Part shown: piece after piece, positions 28,430 to 38,666 of the stretch
Numbering within the stretch: position 1 is the first letter of the stretch
Layout: every line of letters starts with the position of its first letter
From: Bacillota bacterium
Lineage (GTDB): Bacteria > Bacillota > DTU025
DNA: 64,000 nt
Assembly (NCBI GenBank): GCA_050951805.1
Contig: JBMNJT010000002.1
Coordinates: 1,184,001 to 1,248,000, forward strand
Reading direction: 5' to 3'
The notes under the pieces: model-generated
Databases searched by the model: none
Told to the model about the DNA's origin: nothing
What the model saw: only the letters and a program-made list of their open reading frames with translations
Translations under genes and position numbers: made by a program

Positions 28430-31078
28430 ATGTCTAAGCCGACTCCCATGATCCGCCAATACCGAGAGTTGAAGAAGAGATGTCCGGATGCCATTCTCAT
28501 GTTCAGGCTGGGCGATTTCTACGAGATGTTCATGGAAGATGCGGAGATCGCCAGCAGAATATTGGGGATAATGTTGACCTCACGCGAGGTCGGCTCGGGC
28601 AATAAGATGCCCATGTGCGGGGTTCCGCATCATGCTGTTGATCAGTACATTGCCACGCTGGTACAGAATGGGCACAAGGTAGCCATTGCGGACCAGGTGG
28701 AAGACCCGCGCACTGCCAAGGGGTTGGTGCGCAGGGACATAGTGCGGGTCGTGACTCCAGGGACGCTTGCGGACCAAGTGGACCCCGGCCGCAACAATTT
28801 TCTCATCGCCGTTGTTGCGACCGAGTCAGGCGTGGGGCTCGCTTCGTGCGATGCGTCCACTGGTGAGCTCGCGGCTACGCAGGCAGACGGCGATGATGCG
28901 TTTGCATTGATTTCAGAGGAAATCGACAGGATAGCTCCTGCCGAATGTATCTATCCTGGTGATTCACGTGGGCTTCAAGGTTCGTCTGGCCCTCGTTTTG
29001 ATGAGGATGATAAGGGGGGCGGTTGCCCGGTTGAGGGTAGTTTTGTCGCCTATCCCAGGCCGCCAATGGATTTCGAACGTGGGAGGGCTGAGGAGACGCT
29101 AATGTCCCAGTTTGGGGTGACCTCTCTCGAAGGTTACGGCGCAGCAGGAATGGATCTTGCTGTCAGGGCCGCCGGCGCCCTCGTATCCTACTTGCAGGAG
29201 ACGCAGATGACCAGCGTGCCGCAGATTTCAAGGATGCGCGTTTACCATCTGGGCGAATTCATGAGGATGGATACGCCGACCCGGCGCGCGTTGGAGATAT
29301 TCCACCGCGAAAGGGGTCTTCTTTCCGTCCTCGATAGCACTGTGACGCCCATGGGCGGGCGTCTCATCAGGTCGTGGTTCGAACGCCCTGCTGTGTCGGC
29401 GGCTGAAATCGAGAGCCGGTTGGATGCCGTGGAAGAGCTCGCAGGTGATTTGTTTCTCAGGGCAGATGTTCGCAAGACATTGGATCGCATGTACGATCTG
29501 GAGCGCACATGCGGGCGGATAGGGTATAGGACGGCTGGACCCCGGGATCTTTTGGCGCTGGCCTCGTCTCTTGAGGCCGTGGATGACCTGGCCGCTGTTC
29601 TTGGTGAGGCGAAGTCTTCCAGGATAATTGACCTAGCGGGGGCGCTTGATCCGGTTCCTGAAGCAACAGAACGTATAAGGGCATCTATCAAGCTTGACGC
29701 GAAGGCAAGCGCTAACGAGGGCGGAGTGATCTGTGAAGGCTACAGCGAGGAGGTAGATGAGCTCAGGCGTGCCTCCACGGAAGGGAAGGAATGGCTCATA
29801 AGGCTTGAAGCCCGTGAGCGGGAACGCACTGGCATAAAGTCGCTAAAAGTCGGCTTCAACCAGGTGTTTGGATACTACATCGAGGTCACTCACGCAAACA
29901 GCCACCTGGTGCCGGATGATTACACTCGCAAGCAAACGCTGGCCAACTCCGAGCGATACATTACGCCGGAGCTGAAGGAGCTGGAATCGAAGATCCTCGG
30001 TGCAGAGGAGAGGCTTATCAGGCTCGAGGCTGCGATATTCGAGCAGGTCAGGGACGATATCAGCGCTTACCTCCCGAGGATACTCGCAACGGCGCAGGCA
30101 GTGGCGGAACTAGATGTGCTGGCTTCATTTGCGGAGGATGCGCGGAACCGAGGTTACGTAAGGCCTCAAATCAACACTGGGAAAGCCACGGTGATACGCG
30201 ACGCGAGACACCCCGTGCTCGAAGAGATGTTGGGATCGGCTAGATACGTGCCCAACGACATAGAGGCTTCGTGCAATGGTGGAAGGTTGCTGATCATAAC
30301 AGGTCCCAACATGGCCGGAAAAAGTACGGTGCTTGCCACGATCGGGCTGATAACCGTCATGGCGCAAGTAGGGTCCTTCGTGCCGGCGGCTGATGCTGAG
30401 ATCGGGATATGCGACGCCATATATTACCGCACAGGGTCGTATGACGACATAAGTGCGGGCAAGAGCAGTTTCATGGTTGAGTTACTGGAGATCGCGAACA
30501 TTCTGAATAACGCCACGGATCGAAGCCTCATTCTCGTGGACGAGCTAGGCCGCGGGACAAGCACTTACGACGGCATGGCCCTCGCCTGGGCTGTTGCGGA
30601 ATGGGTGCATGATCACGTGGGGGCACGGGCACTTTTCACCACGCACTATCACGAATTGGCCGCATTGGAGGAGAGACTGCCCTATGCTCGCAACTACCAT
30701 GTAGGGGCAGTTGAGCGCGGTGGCGAACTTACGTTCCTTTACAGGTTGGCTCGTGGAAGCGTCGATAAGAGCTACGGTTTGCACGTTGCGAAAATGGCGG
30801 GTTTGCCTGGGGAGGTAATAAGGCGAGCTCAGCAAATACTAAAAGGCTTGGAAGCTGCTTCGCCTTCGGAAGGACATCAGATGACCTTGTTTGGCTGGGC
30901 AGACGAAGAGCCAGTTCGTGGGAGCGCTGCTGAGGTGATTGCAGAGGACGTTTCTCTGGCACAGACGGCTCAACGAGTTCTGGGAAGGCTGGAGGGGGTC
31001 GACGCAGACAACTTGACTCCCAGACAAGCCTTAGACCTTGTGTACGAGCTGAAGGATCTGGCCAGGATGAAGGAGTGA
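28430..31078 (+). CDS. mutS: DNA mismatch repair protein MutS
   Basis: TPMIRQY, FRLGDFYEMF, GPNMAGKST, DELGRGTST, TTHYHEL, SYGLHVAKMAG. Confidence 0.97.
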   Translation: MSKPTPMIRQYRELKKRCPDAILMFRLGDFYEMFMEDAEIASRILGIMLTSREVGSGNKMPMCGVPHHAVDQYIATLVQNGHKVAIADQVEDPRTAKGLVRRDIVRVVTPGTLADQVDPGRNNFLIAVVATESGVGLASCDASTGELAATQADGDDAFALISEEIDRIAPAECIYPGDSRGLQGSSGPRFDEDDKGGGCPVEGSFVAYPRPPMDFERGRAEETLMSQFGVTSLEGYGAAGMDLAVRAAGALVSYLQETQMTSVPQISRMRVYHLGEFMRMDTPTRRALEIFHRERGLLSVLDSTVTPMGGRLIRSWFERPAVSAAEIESRLDAVEELAGDLFLRADVRKTLDRMYDLERTCGRIGYRTAGPRDLLALASSLEAVDDLAAVLGEAKSSRIIDLAGALDPVPEATERIRASIKLDAKASANEGGVICEGYSEEVDELRRASTEGKEWLIRLEARERERTGIKSLKVGFNQVFGYYIEVTHANSHLVPDDYTRKQTLANSERYITPELKELESKILGAEERLIRLEAAIFEQVRDDISAYLPRILATAQAVAELDVLASFAEDARNRGYVRPQINTGKATVIRDARHPVLEEMLGSARYVPNDIEASCNGGRLLIITGPNMAGKSTVLATIGLITVMAQVGSFVPAADAEIGICDAIYYRTGSYDDISAGKSSFMVELLEIANILNNATDRSLILVDELGRGTSTYDGMALAWAVAEWVHDHVGARALFTTHYHELAALEERLPYARNYHVGAVERGGELTFLYRLARGSVDKSYGLHVAKMAGLPGEVIRRAQQILKGLEAASPSEGHQMTLFGWADEEPVRGSAAEVIAEDVSLAQTAQRVLGRLEGVDADNLTPRQALDLVYELKDLARMKE

Positions 31079-31083
31079 ACTGG

Positions 31084-32868
31084 ATGCGTATAATCAGGCT
31101 TGCCCCTGAAGTCGCCAATAAGATAGCCGCAGGCGAAGTTGTTGAAAGGCCCGCGTCGGTTGTGAAGGAGCTTGTAGAAAACTCCATAGACGCCGGGGCT
31201 AACACCATAAGCATAGAGACGCTAGGAGGCGGTCTGGAGCTTGTCATGGTTACAGACGACGGTTGCGGCATGGGGCGAGAAGATGCGGCGCGGGCCTTTG
31301 AACGCCATGCCACCAGCAAGATTGCCCGGGCGGAAGACCTCTTTTCCATAGAAAGCCTCGGCTTCAGGGGCGAGGCTCTCCCGAGCATCGCTTCAGTTGC
31401 CAGAGTGAGGCTTGTCACCTGTGAGCGCGGAAGCGGTGAAGGGACGGTGGTAGTGGCGGAAGGGGGACGAGTGGGGGAGCCTACAGCTATCGGGGCACCC
31501 TGTGGTACAAGCATTGCCGTTCGGGATCTCTTCTTTAACACGCCTGCAAGGCTCAAGTATTTGCGTTCCGTCTCTACGGAGAACAGGAGGATCATAGGCA
31601 CCGTGGGCAGCCTGGCCCTGGCCCATCCTGAAATCGGATTTAGCCTCAAGGTGGACGGGCGCACGGCGCTTGTCACTCCGCAAGGCGGATCGATTGAGGA
31701 GGCGGCTGCCGCGGTCCTCGGGCTGGAGGTAGCTCGCGAGATGATTCCGGTAAAGAGTTCCTCCCACGGGATCTTCGTAAAAGGCCTCATCTCTTTGCCT
31801 CAGCACGCCAAGGGCAAACGCCGCGACTCGCAATACATATTTGTAAACGGTCGTCCGGTCGTATCCACGACAGTCTGGTCTGCCATAGACAAGGCCTACG
31901 ACAAGACTGTTCCCGTAGGCATCAGACCTCCGGTAATTCTTTCGATCGAGATTGATCCGTCTCAGATCGACGTCAACGTTCACCCAGCCAAGAGTGAAGT
32001 GAGATTCGCGTCGAACTCCGATGTATTCTCCGCTGTCTGCGGAGCCTTAGCCTTTGTGCTGCGTTCAGTCGATGCCGTCCCAGACCTGGAGCCTGTTAAG
32101 CCCACAGCAGGATGGGGCCAGACGGGTGCAGTATCTAGGCAATGGCGGGGGCCGGGCGCCTCATATGGAGGTGAGCCTCAACATCTTACCATCTCGTCAT
32201 GGGATCGGGAGAGCGCGTTCCGTGAGGTGAGGCCTGCGTCCGGACTGGGCGTTGCTCTTGGGCTGGCTCCGGCAAGATCAGGCCTTGCAGGCGCGGTCCC
32301 TGAGGTTATTGGACAGCTGGATGATACGTATATTCTTGCGCAAGGTGCCGAAGGCTTGGTCATAATAGATCAGCATGTCGCACACGAACGTATTTTGGTG
32401 GACAAATACCGGGAGGAATTCGCGAAGGAGAAGCCGTCTGTCCAGCTCCTTCTGACACCTGAGATCGCAGAGATAGGCGCGTCGGACGTGGAGATCGTGG
32501 CCAAACACGGAGACGTTCTGTCGAGAATGGGTTATGATCTAGACCTGTTCGGTGCGACCTCTGTCGTGATCAGAGGAGTCCCCTCTCAGAGCGCCGGGGT
32601 GCCGCCGGCAGAGTCGCTCATGGCCGCCATCGAAGGGATTGTCTCGGCGCCTTCAGGGTCTGATCCCGGATTGCTGGCAGATCATATCGCGGTGTCGCTT
32701 GCATGCCGCGGAGCGGTGAAGGCAGGCGATTCTCTCACTATTGCTGAAATGAAGTCTCTTGTGGAGAGGTTGTTCGAATCTGAGGATCCCTATCGGTGTC
32801 CGCATGGACGGCCCGTGGTCGTGCTAGTGCCGGGGGATGCGTTGGCAAGGAGTTTTGGGCGCAAGTAA
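31084..32868 (+). CDS. mutL: DNA mismatch repair endonuclease MutL
   Basis: KIAAGEVVERPASVVKELVENSIDAGA, GFRGEAL, DQHVAHER, ACR, CPHGRP. Confidence 0.97.
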   Translation: MRIIRLAPEVANKIAAGEVVERPASVVKELVENSIDAGANTISIETLGGGLELVMVTDDGCGMGREDAARAFERHATSKIARAEDLFSIESLGFRGEALPSIASVARVRLVTCERGSGEGTVVVAEGGRVGEPTAIGAPCGTSIAVRDLFFNTPARLKYLRSVSTENRRIIGTVGSLALAHPEIGFSLKVDGRTALVTPQGGSIEEAAAAVLGLEVAREMIPVKSSSHGIFVKGLISLPQHAKGKRRDSQYIFVNGRPVVSTTVWSAIDKAYDKTVPVGIRPPVILSIEIDPSQIDVNVHPAKSEVRFASNSDVFSAVCGALAFVLRSVDAVPDLEPVKPTAGWGQTGAVSRQWRGPGASYGGEPQHLTISSWDRESAFREVRPASGLGVALGLAPARSGLAGAVPEVIGQLDDTYILAQGAEGLVIIDQHVAHERILVDKYREEFAKEKPSVQLLLTPEIAEIGASDVEIVAKHGDVLSRMGYDLDLFGATSVVIRGVPSQSAGVPPAESLMAAIEGIVSAPSGSDPGLLADHIAVSLACRGAVKAGDSLTIAEMKSLVERLFESEDPYRCPHGRPVVVLVPGDALARSFGRK

Positions 32869-33219
32869 ACCGCCCCACGCCGAAAGGCAGGGGATTACTG
32901 ATTGGTGCACTGTGGCTGATGGTTAGGCAAAAGTGGTGAATAGAACACCTCACGTTTACGAGGCCTATGGGTACGTCACACCTAAAGCATGCTAGATCTC
33001 GAGAAGGGTGTTTGGAGGGCCAATAGGGCACATAGCGTGTCCATGGGTTTCAGCTATTTGACAAGGTTGAGTATATGTGCCTTGTCTTCGCAAGACGTAT
33101 CACAGGCTATTGTGACATTTGGCACAAGGATCTCGGCATCGGCCAATGCTGTACGAAAGGAGGGAAAACGCTACTTCCCCCCATATCTGAGTGAGGGGGT
33201 CTTTGTAGCGTGACATTTG
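32865..33219 (+). mobile_element. Miniature degraded IscB/omega-RNA (IS200/IS605 superfamily) relic, copy 1
   Basis: 5' GTAAACCGCCCCACGCCGAAAGGCAGGG resembles the omega-RNA/HEARO 5' hairpin; IscB-like peptides PHVYEAYGYVT (32948-32980) and HGFQLFDKVEYMCLVFARRITGYCDI (33042-33119); 3' end shared with copy 2. Confidence 0.75.
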
Positions 33220-34065
33220 ATGAAGGACGTTGGCCGTATTGCCGTGACTACATCCGCGCGGGGCGGACGCCATCAGGTTGATCTTGGAATAAGACTTGCA
33301 CACGAGCTTGGTGCGCCTTTCATAACGAGGGCAGGGAGATCGTTGCAATCTCTTGCGGACGCTTACAGCGAGGATGGTCGTGGCGAGCTGGAAGCGTTCA
33401 TGGTTGTTGAGGCGGACAGGATAAGCGTTGTGAGGTTGGCGGATGCGGGCAGGCGCAGTGCGGAGTTGTTCTTCCATCCCGGAATGGCCTTGTCGAGGAT
33501 TCGTCGACTGAAGCAAGGTGGAGTAGACCAGATGGTTGAGGCCATGGGAATATCCTCTGGCGATCACGTGCTCGACTGCACGATCGGCTTGGCGTCAGAC
33601 GCTATAGTCTCTTCATGGGTTGTGGGAAGCCGTGGACGGGTTGTGGGAGTGGAGGTCAGTCCGGTTCTTTCCATTATCACCCGTGAGGGGCTCACGAGCT
33701 ACACCGAGGCAGATCCAGACGTCCTAGATGCAATGAGGCGCATAGAGGTGGTCGCCTCAGATCATCTGGACTATCTCAGGTCATGTGCAGACAAGAGCTT
33801 TGATGTAGTCTCCTTCGATCCCATGTTTAGGGAGCCAGTGACGTCATCCGCAGGTATTGCCCCCATACGGCCCTGGGCATGCCACACGCCACTTTCCGTG
33901 GAAGCGCTTTCGGAGGCTTGCAGGGTGGCACGCAGACGTGTCGTCGTCAAGGACAGGGCGGACGGGGATGAACTTGACAAGCTGGGCGTGGGCCATAAGA
34001 TCGGGGCAAAGAAGAGTCGGCAGGAATATGGGGTGATATTCGTTGAAGGAGAGCGAAAGGACTGA
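33220..34065 (+). CDS. Class I SAM-dependent methyltransferase (RsmJ-like family found beside mutL-miaA)
   Basis: LFFHPGMA, VLDCTIGLASDA, FDVVSFDPMF, ARRRVVVK. Confidence 0.85.
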   Translation: MKDVGRIAVTTSARGGRHQVDLGIRLAHELGAPFITRAGRSLQSLADAYSEDGRGELEAFMVVEADRISVVRLADAGRRSAELFFHPGMALSRIRRLKQGGVDQMVEAMGISSGDHVLDCTIGLASDAIVSSWVVGSRGRVVGVEVSPVLSIITREGLTSYTEADPDVLDAMRRIEVVASDHLDYLRSCADKSFDVVSFDPMFREPVTSSAGIAPIRPWACHTPLSVEALSEACRVARRRVVVKDRADGDELDKLGVGHKIGAKKSRQEYGVIFVEGERKD

Positions 34066-35122
34066 CCGGGTAAGGGAGGCGTCTCGGGGAGAGAGCGTCG
34101 GGGATGGTATAGGCCGAGTGGGAAATGGGGCTGGGCATCCGGGTGAACCTGACTTTCAAAGAAGGCCGCCGCTTCTCGTCATAGTCGGCCCCACCGCTGT
34201 CGGCAAGTCCGCAGTTGGCATGGAGCTTGCGCGCAAGCTTGGAGGGGAGATAGTGTCAGCCGATTCCATGCAGGTCTACCGGGGCATGGATATTGGCACA
34301 GCTAAGCCTTCCCAAGCGGAGCGGGCGGAGATCCCCCATCACCTTATAGATGTCGCTGACCCCGACGAGATCTTCTGTGTAGCCCGGTATCAGGAGATGG
34401 CCAGGGAAGCCATACGCGACATAGCGGCTCGAGGGAGACTGCCAATCATGGTGGGTGGGACCGGGTTGTATGTGGACGCGGTTGTCCGCGGTTTCCTATT
34501 CCCCGATGAAGGGCGAAATCCCAACATACGCCGCCGTCTTGAGAGAGAGGCTGAAGTGACAGGGAGCCCGGCGTTGCACGTTCGTCTTGCCGAGGTGGAC
34601 CCTGTTGCGGCAGAGCGAATACACCCCAATGACCTGAGGCGAATAGTGAGGGCGTTGGAAGTTTACGAAGTGACCGGGATGGCCATATCCGAGCTCCAAC
34701 GCAAACACGAAGGAGAGAGCGAGTTTGACACGGTCATCTACGGACTGCGCATGGCGCGCCAGGCGCTAAACAAGCGGATAGACGACCGTGTGGACATTAT
34801 GGTCGAGCAGGGCCTGATCGACGAGGTTCGCTCGCTGATGGAACACGGCTATGATCCGAGATACACTGCAGTGCAGGCTATAGGATACAAGGAGTTTGCC
34901 TTGTACCTTGCCGGGGAGGAGAGCCTCGAAGAGGCGATCGACACATTGAAGCGGGAAACGAGGAAATATGCGAAGAGGCAGATGACATGGTTCCGCAGGA
35001 ATCCCAACATACGTTGGATCGATGTGGAGTGTGGCAGAGGGCCTGAAGATATTGCAGATGAAATCGCAGCGTCTATTGAGAGCTGGCTCAAAGGAGTGGG
35101 ATTTTCTGTTGGATCGAAGTGA
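34043..35122 (+). CDS. miaA: tRNA dimethylallyltransferase
   Basis: GPTAVGKS, ADSMQVYRGMDIGTAKP, VGGTGLY, AIGYKE, YAKRQMTWFR; start uncertain. Confidence 0.96.
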   Translation: MKESERTDRVREASRGESVGDGIGRVGNGAGHPGEPDFQRRPPLLVIVGPTAVGKSAVGMELARKLGGEIVSADSMQVYRGMDIGTAKPSQAERAEIPHHLIDVADPDEIFCVARYQEMAREAIRDIAARGRLPIMVGGTGLYVDAVVRGFLFPDEGRNPNIRRRLEREAEVTGSPALHVRLAEVDPVAAERIHPNDLRRIVRALEVYEVTGMAISELQRKHEGESEFDTVIYGLRMARQALNKRIDDRVDIMVEQGLIDEVRSLMEHGYDPRYTAVQAIGYKEFALYLAGEESLEEAIDTLKRETRKYAKRQMTWFRRNPNIRWIDVECGRGPEDIADEIAASIESWLKGVGFSVGSK

Positions 35123-36389
35123 AGTGGCCCACATTCTCGGGGTCGATGACGATATCATGGAATTGGCTTCCTGCGTACACGAAGAAATATCGGACGAGAT
35201 AGCGACAGTAAATTCGATATGCAGAATTAATACCGCTCGGGTGCTTGAAGCCTTAGCCAAGGCAGGCCTGAGCGACTATCATTTTGGGGGCACGACAGGG
35301 TATGGCTATGACGACATCGGGCGTGACTGCCTTGAAGAGGCATTCGCACACGTATTCGGCGCCGAGTCGGCATTGGTGCGAATACAGATTGTTTCGGGAA
35401 CCCATGCGTTGGCAGCAGTCATCTTCGGTGTACTCCGCCCCGGGGATCTTCTGGTGTCGGCCTTTGGAACGCCTTATGACACAATGGTCACCATGATCGG
35501 ACGGGACAGGCCGGTGCGCGGATCTTTGGCAGAATACGGCATAGATTACCTTGAGGTGCAACCTGCCGCCGATGGTGGGCCTGACTTCGAGCAAATTGCG
35601 AGCGCTTCAAGGGGCGCCAGGATGGTGATGGTGCAAAGGTCTCCAGGATACTCGTGGCGAAGGTCCCTCGGCATTGATGAGATTGGCAGAATCGCTAGAT
35701 GCGTCAAGGAGGCTAACCCTAAGGCTATAGTCTTTGTCGACAATTGCTACGGCGAGTTCGTGGAAACTCGGGAGCCCACCGCTGTCGGCGCTGATGTGGC
35801 GGCTGGTTCGCTCATAAAGAACCCTGGCGGAGGCATTGCTCCGTGCGGAGGATATATTGCAGGACGCGCCGATATAGTGGAGATGGCGGCGGAACGGCTA
35901 ACAGCCCCCGGACTAGGCTGTGAATGCGGCCCGAGCCTTGGATATACGCGTCAGCTGGCTCAGGGTCTCTTCATGTCTCCACTGATTGTGGGCGAAGCGG
36001 TCGCCGGCTCCATCTTCGCGGCGGCCTTCCTAAGTAAGCTGGGATATGAGGTTTCACCCTGTCCGGGCCAGGCACGTCACGACATAGTACTTGGCGTAAG
36101 GCTTGGATCGGCAGACGTGGTCTCCTCATTCTGCCAAGCAGTCCAATCGGCGTCTCCGGTTGATGCAGCTGTTCGTCCCATAGCAGCGCCGATGCCAGGA
36201 TACGCAGATGAAGTCATAATGGCCGCAGGCGCTTTTGTCCAGGGATCGTCAATTGAACTTTCCGCAGATGCGCCGCTTCGGCCGCCTTACGACGCATACT
36301 TGCAGGGCGGACTCATCAGGCATCAGGTCGAATTTGCCATGCTCAAGTTCGCGCAGGATGTGAAGGAGAAAGCTAGAAGTAGGGAGTAG
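35109..36389 (+). CDS. ynbB: Methionine gamma-lyase family / aluminium resistance protein (YnbB)
   Basis: TTGYGYDDIGRD, VSGTHAL, FVDNCYGEFVE, GSLIKNPGGG, AAGAFVQGSSIELSADAP. Confidence 0.92.
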   Translation: MDRSEVAHILGVDDDIMELASCVHEEISDEIATVNSICRINTARVLEALAKAGLSDYHFGGTTGYGYDDIGRDCLEEAFAHVFGAESALVRIQIVSGTHALAAVIFGVLRPGDLLVSAFGTPYDTMVTMIGRDRPVRGSLAEYGIDYLEVQPAADGGPDFEQIASASRGARMVMVQRSPGYSWRRSLGIDEIGRIARCVKEANPKAIVFVDNCYGEFVETREPTAVGADVAAGSLIKNPGGGIAPCGGYIAGRADIVEMAAERLTAPGLGCECGPSLGYTRQLAQGLFMSPLIVGEAVAGSIFAAAFLSKLGYEVSPCPGQARHDIVLGVRLGSADVVSSFCQAVQSASPVDAAVRPIAAPMPGYADEVIMAAGAFVQGSSIELSADAPLRPPYDAYLQGGLIRHQVEFAMLKFAQDVKEKARSRE

Positions 36390-36443
36390 ACGATAATAGC
36401 CTGTGCACGTGTTGCCAATTGAGTATTGGAGGTTGATTGTCCC

Positions 36444-37676
36444 ATGTTGCCTGCGAAAAAGTCGCGCACGAGCCTTTGCGCTATCGCCTTTCTTTGCATT
36501 ATGGCGGTTTCACTGGCAGCGCCGCATGGCGCAGATGCCGTTTGGGCAGCCGAGACGGTACGCAGCCTACTTGAGCTCCCAAGTGCCGATCGGGCTCTGG
36601 GGAATAACGATGGTGCAACCCTCGATTGCCTTGTAATACAAGAATCTGGTCTTGCAGTGGCTACGCATGTTGTTGAAGTGGATCTCGTTGCGGGCATGAA
36701 CAAGGTAAGAGTTGCTGGCGTTTCCGACACAATACAGTGCGGCGCTGCCGAGATCATTTCGGGTACCGTCCCATTTACTGTAGTATCTGCGGCAACAAAC
36801 AGGGCTGCCGGGGAGCTCATCTTCAGTGTGAAGGCTGAAACCGCGTCCCATGCAGTCTTCAGGGTGGCCTACCCGCTGTCAGGGCTCACATGGAGCGCAT
36901 CCTACAACGCGGTGCTGGAGCCTACTAAGGACGCTGCTGGGATCTGGGGGTGGTATTCGATACATAACGAGACAGACTGTGATCTCGCACCGGCTAGGAT
37001 AGTCTTGATGGGTGGATCCACTAATCCTCTCGGGTCAAAGCCGGGCTTCAAGGGGGATTCTGCTCTGGGGAAGACGGTTGCGACAATAGATTCTCCTGAG
37101 ATGATTCCAGCGGGTTCGCAGCGGAATATCAGGTTTGCCGGCGGAGCGGCAGTGCCCGCGCGCCTCGTTTATGTAGTTGATTGGGGACCGATGGCGATAC
37201 TCGATTCTTCGTCACAAGGAAAGGGCGAGCGTCCCGTCATGCTCGGCTTGGAGTTTTCGGCGTCCAAGGAGACCGGGTTGGCGTACCCTCTTCCCGGGGG
37301 ACGCATATCCGTCTTCAGCCTATCTTCGGATGGGACGACATTTTTCCTCGGCGAAGACCTTGTTTCCCCGTGCCAGAGCGGAACAACACTCATCGCGAAG
37401 GTGGGGCCTGCTGTTTTGCTTACTGCGGAACGGACTCGCACAGATCAGCGCAAGGTGGGCACGAGCAGTTGGGAGGAGGCCTACCAGGTGAGGATAGCGA
37501 ACGCCGGAACGGCGAGTGTCACCGTCATCAACGTGGAGGAGTTTCCGGGGCAGTGGACTATTCTTCAAAGCAATATTCCAACTCCTCCGATCGTCTCGGG
37601 GCGGGCGCAGTTCAGTGTCAATGTTCCCGCAGGCGGGCAGGCAAATATTCTTTTCAGGGTTAGATACACACTTTGA
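36444..37676 (+). CDS. Secreted DUF4139-like protein
   Basis: Signal peptide; Y..SGLTWSASY, GLAYPLPGGRISVF, FLGED, VEEFPGQW. Confidence 0.65.
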   Translation: MLPAKKSRTSLCAIAFLCIMAVSLAAPHGADAVWAAETVRSLLELPSADRALGNNDGATLDCLVIQESGLAVATHVVEVDLVAGMNKVRVAGVSDTIQCGAAEIISGTVPFTVVSAATNRAAGELIFSVKAETASHAVFRVAYPLSGLTWSASYNAVLEPTKDAAGIWGWYSIHNETDCDLAPARIVLMGGSTNPLGSKPGFKGDSALGKTVATIDSPEMIPAGSQRNIRFAGGAAVPARLVYVVDWGPMAILDSSSQGKGERPVMLGLEFSASKETGLAYPLPGGRISVFSLSSDGTTFFLGEDLVSPCQSGTTLIAKVGPAVLLTAERTRTDQRKVGTSSWEEAYQVRIANAGTASVTVINVEEFPGQWTILQSNIPTPPIVSGRAQFSVNVPAGGQANILFRVRYTL

Positions 37677-37690
37677 GGAGTGGTTCGGCC

Positions 37691-38542
37691 TTGCACTCTT
37701 TTCCCCGTGGCGCCGTGGTAAGTAATTCGTCAGGCACATGCATTGCAATAGAGAAAGACATGGCTAGCCAGTTCGTGGGGGTCATTCCCGAGCCCGAGGA
37801 GGCTGTCTCCCGTATTGCCCGGAATCTGCAGCTGGTTTACGGGATCGGTCCGGTGAGGGAGGCTGGGCTTAAGGAAGAGGGCTATGCGACCCTTTTCGAT
37901 CTGCTTTCCCATGAAAAATGGGGCCAGGGAGCCCGTCCTATCGTGGAGGCTCTCGAGCGCGCTGATGGATGGGAGCTTTTGCGCTACGGGGTGCCTGGTC
38001 TGGATATTTTGGCCTTTTGCGCCCCCGAAGAAGTTGTTTTCCTCGACATCGAAACAACCGGGCTTTCCAGCACCTCGGCACTGTTCATGGTGGGCATGAT
38101 CATTCCGTCGGAACGAGGCCTCATCCTGCACCAACTCTTCGCCAGAGAATATGAAGAGGAGCCTGCAGTTATCGAGGAGACGCTCGCGCGGCTCGCGGAC
38201 GCGCGGGCGGTTGTAACCTATAATGGCAAGAGCTTCGATATGCCGTTTCTTCTGAGGCGCCTGGCTTACTATGGACGGGAAGACAACCCGCATGCTGCCA
38301 TCGTCGATCTTTGCCCCCCGGCCAGACGCAAATACTCCTTTTCCTTGCCCAATTGTCGACTCTCCACAATACAGACCATGGTCCTCGATGTTCCAAGGGA
38401 CGGAGACATCCCCGGTTCGCTCATTCCCGGGCTCTACAATGACTGGGTCAGGACGGGAGATGCGGAGAAGATCATCCCCGTGCTCGACCACAATGAACTC
38501 GATCTTGTTGCCATGGTTGATCTCCTTCCTTTGCTCATCTGA
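37691..38542 (+). CDS. RNase H-like domain protein (YprB family) with N-terminal HhH motif
   Basis: FLDIETTGLS, VTYNGKSFDMPFL, DIPGSLIP, HNELDL; YGIGP HhH motif; start uncertain. Confidence 0.85.
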   Translation: MHSFPRGAVVSNSSGTCIAIEKDMASQFVGVIPEPEEAVSRIARNLQLVYGIGPVREAGLKEEGYATLFDLLSHEKWGQGARPIVEALERADGWELLRYGVPGLDILAFCAPEEVVFLDIETTGLSSTSALFMVGMIIPSERGLILHQLFAREYEEEPAVIEETLARLADARAVVTYNGKSFDMPFLLRRLAYYGREDNPHAAIVDLCPPARRKYSFSLPNCRLSTIQTMVLDVPRDGDIPGSLIPGLYNDWVRTGDAEKIIPVLDHNELDLVAMVDLLPLLI

Positions 38543-38547
38543 ATCCG

Positions 38548-38576
38548 GCATAATTCCCCCCAAGTCTCATATAGAT
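38548..38576 (+). promoter_or_regulatory. Putative sigmaE promoter of spoIVA
   Basis: GCATAAT-N13-CATATAGAT upstream of spoIVA, which is an established sigmaE-regulon gene. Confidence 0.5.
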
Positions 38577-38666
38577 GTAGCGTCTGAGAGCAGGTACAAC
38601 CCACGTGCATCCTGCAGGGGTGTGAGGCCGCCTCCACCCGGACTCGATGCGAGGGAGGGCGAATGG

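Noticed and set aside
30729-31790. Long antisense ORFs opposite mutS/mutL, spoIVA, dxs and others
   Set aside because: Shadow ORFs expected in GC-rich coding DNA; no motifs
32989-33213. 74-aa ORF upstream of the methyltransferase (and the 64-aa ORF at 54394-54588)
   Set aside because: Better explained as open frames within decayed IscB relics than as functional genes
38271-38666. 132-aa N-terminal extension of SpoIVA in the ORF track
   Set aside because: It overlaps the upstream gene; the RBS and the conserved MEKFDIF start are at 38667
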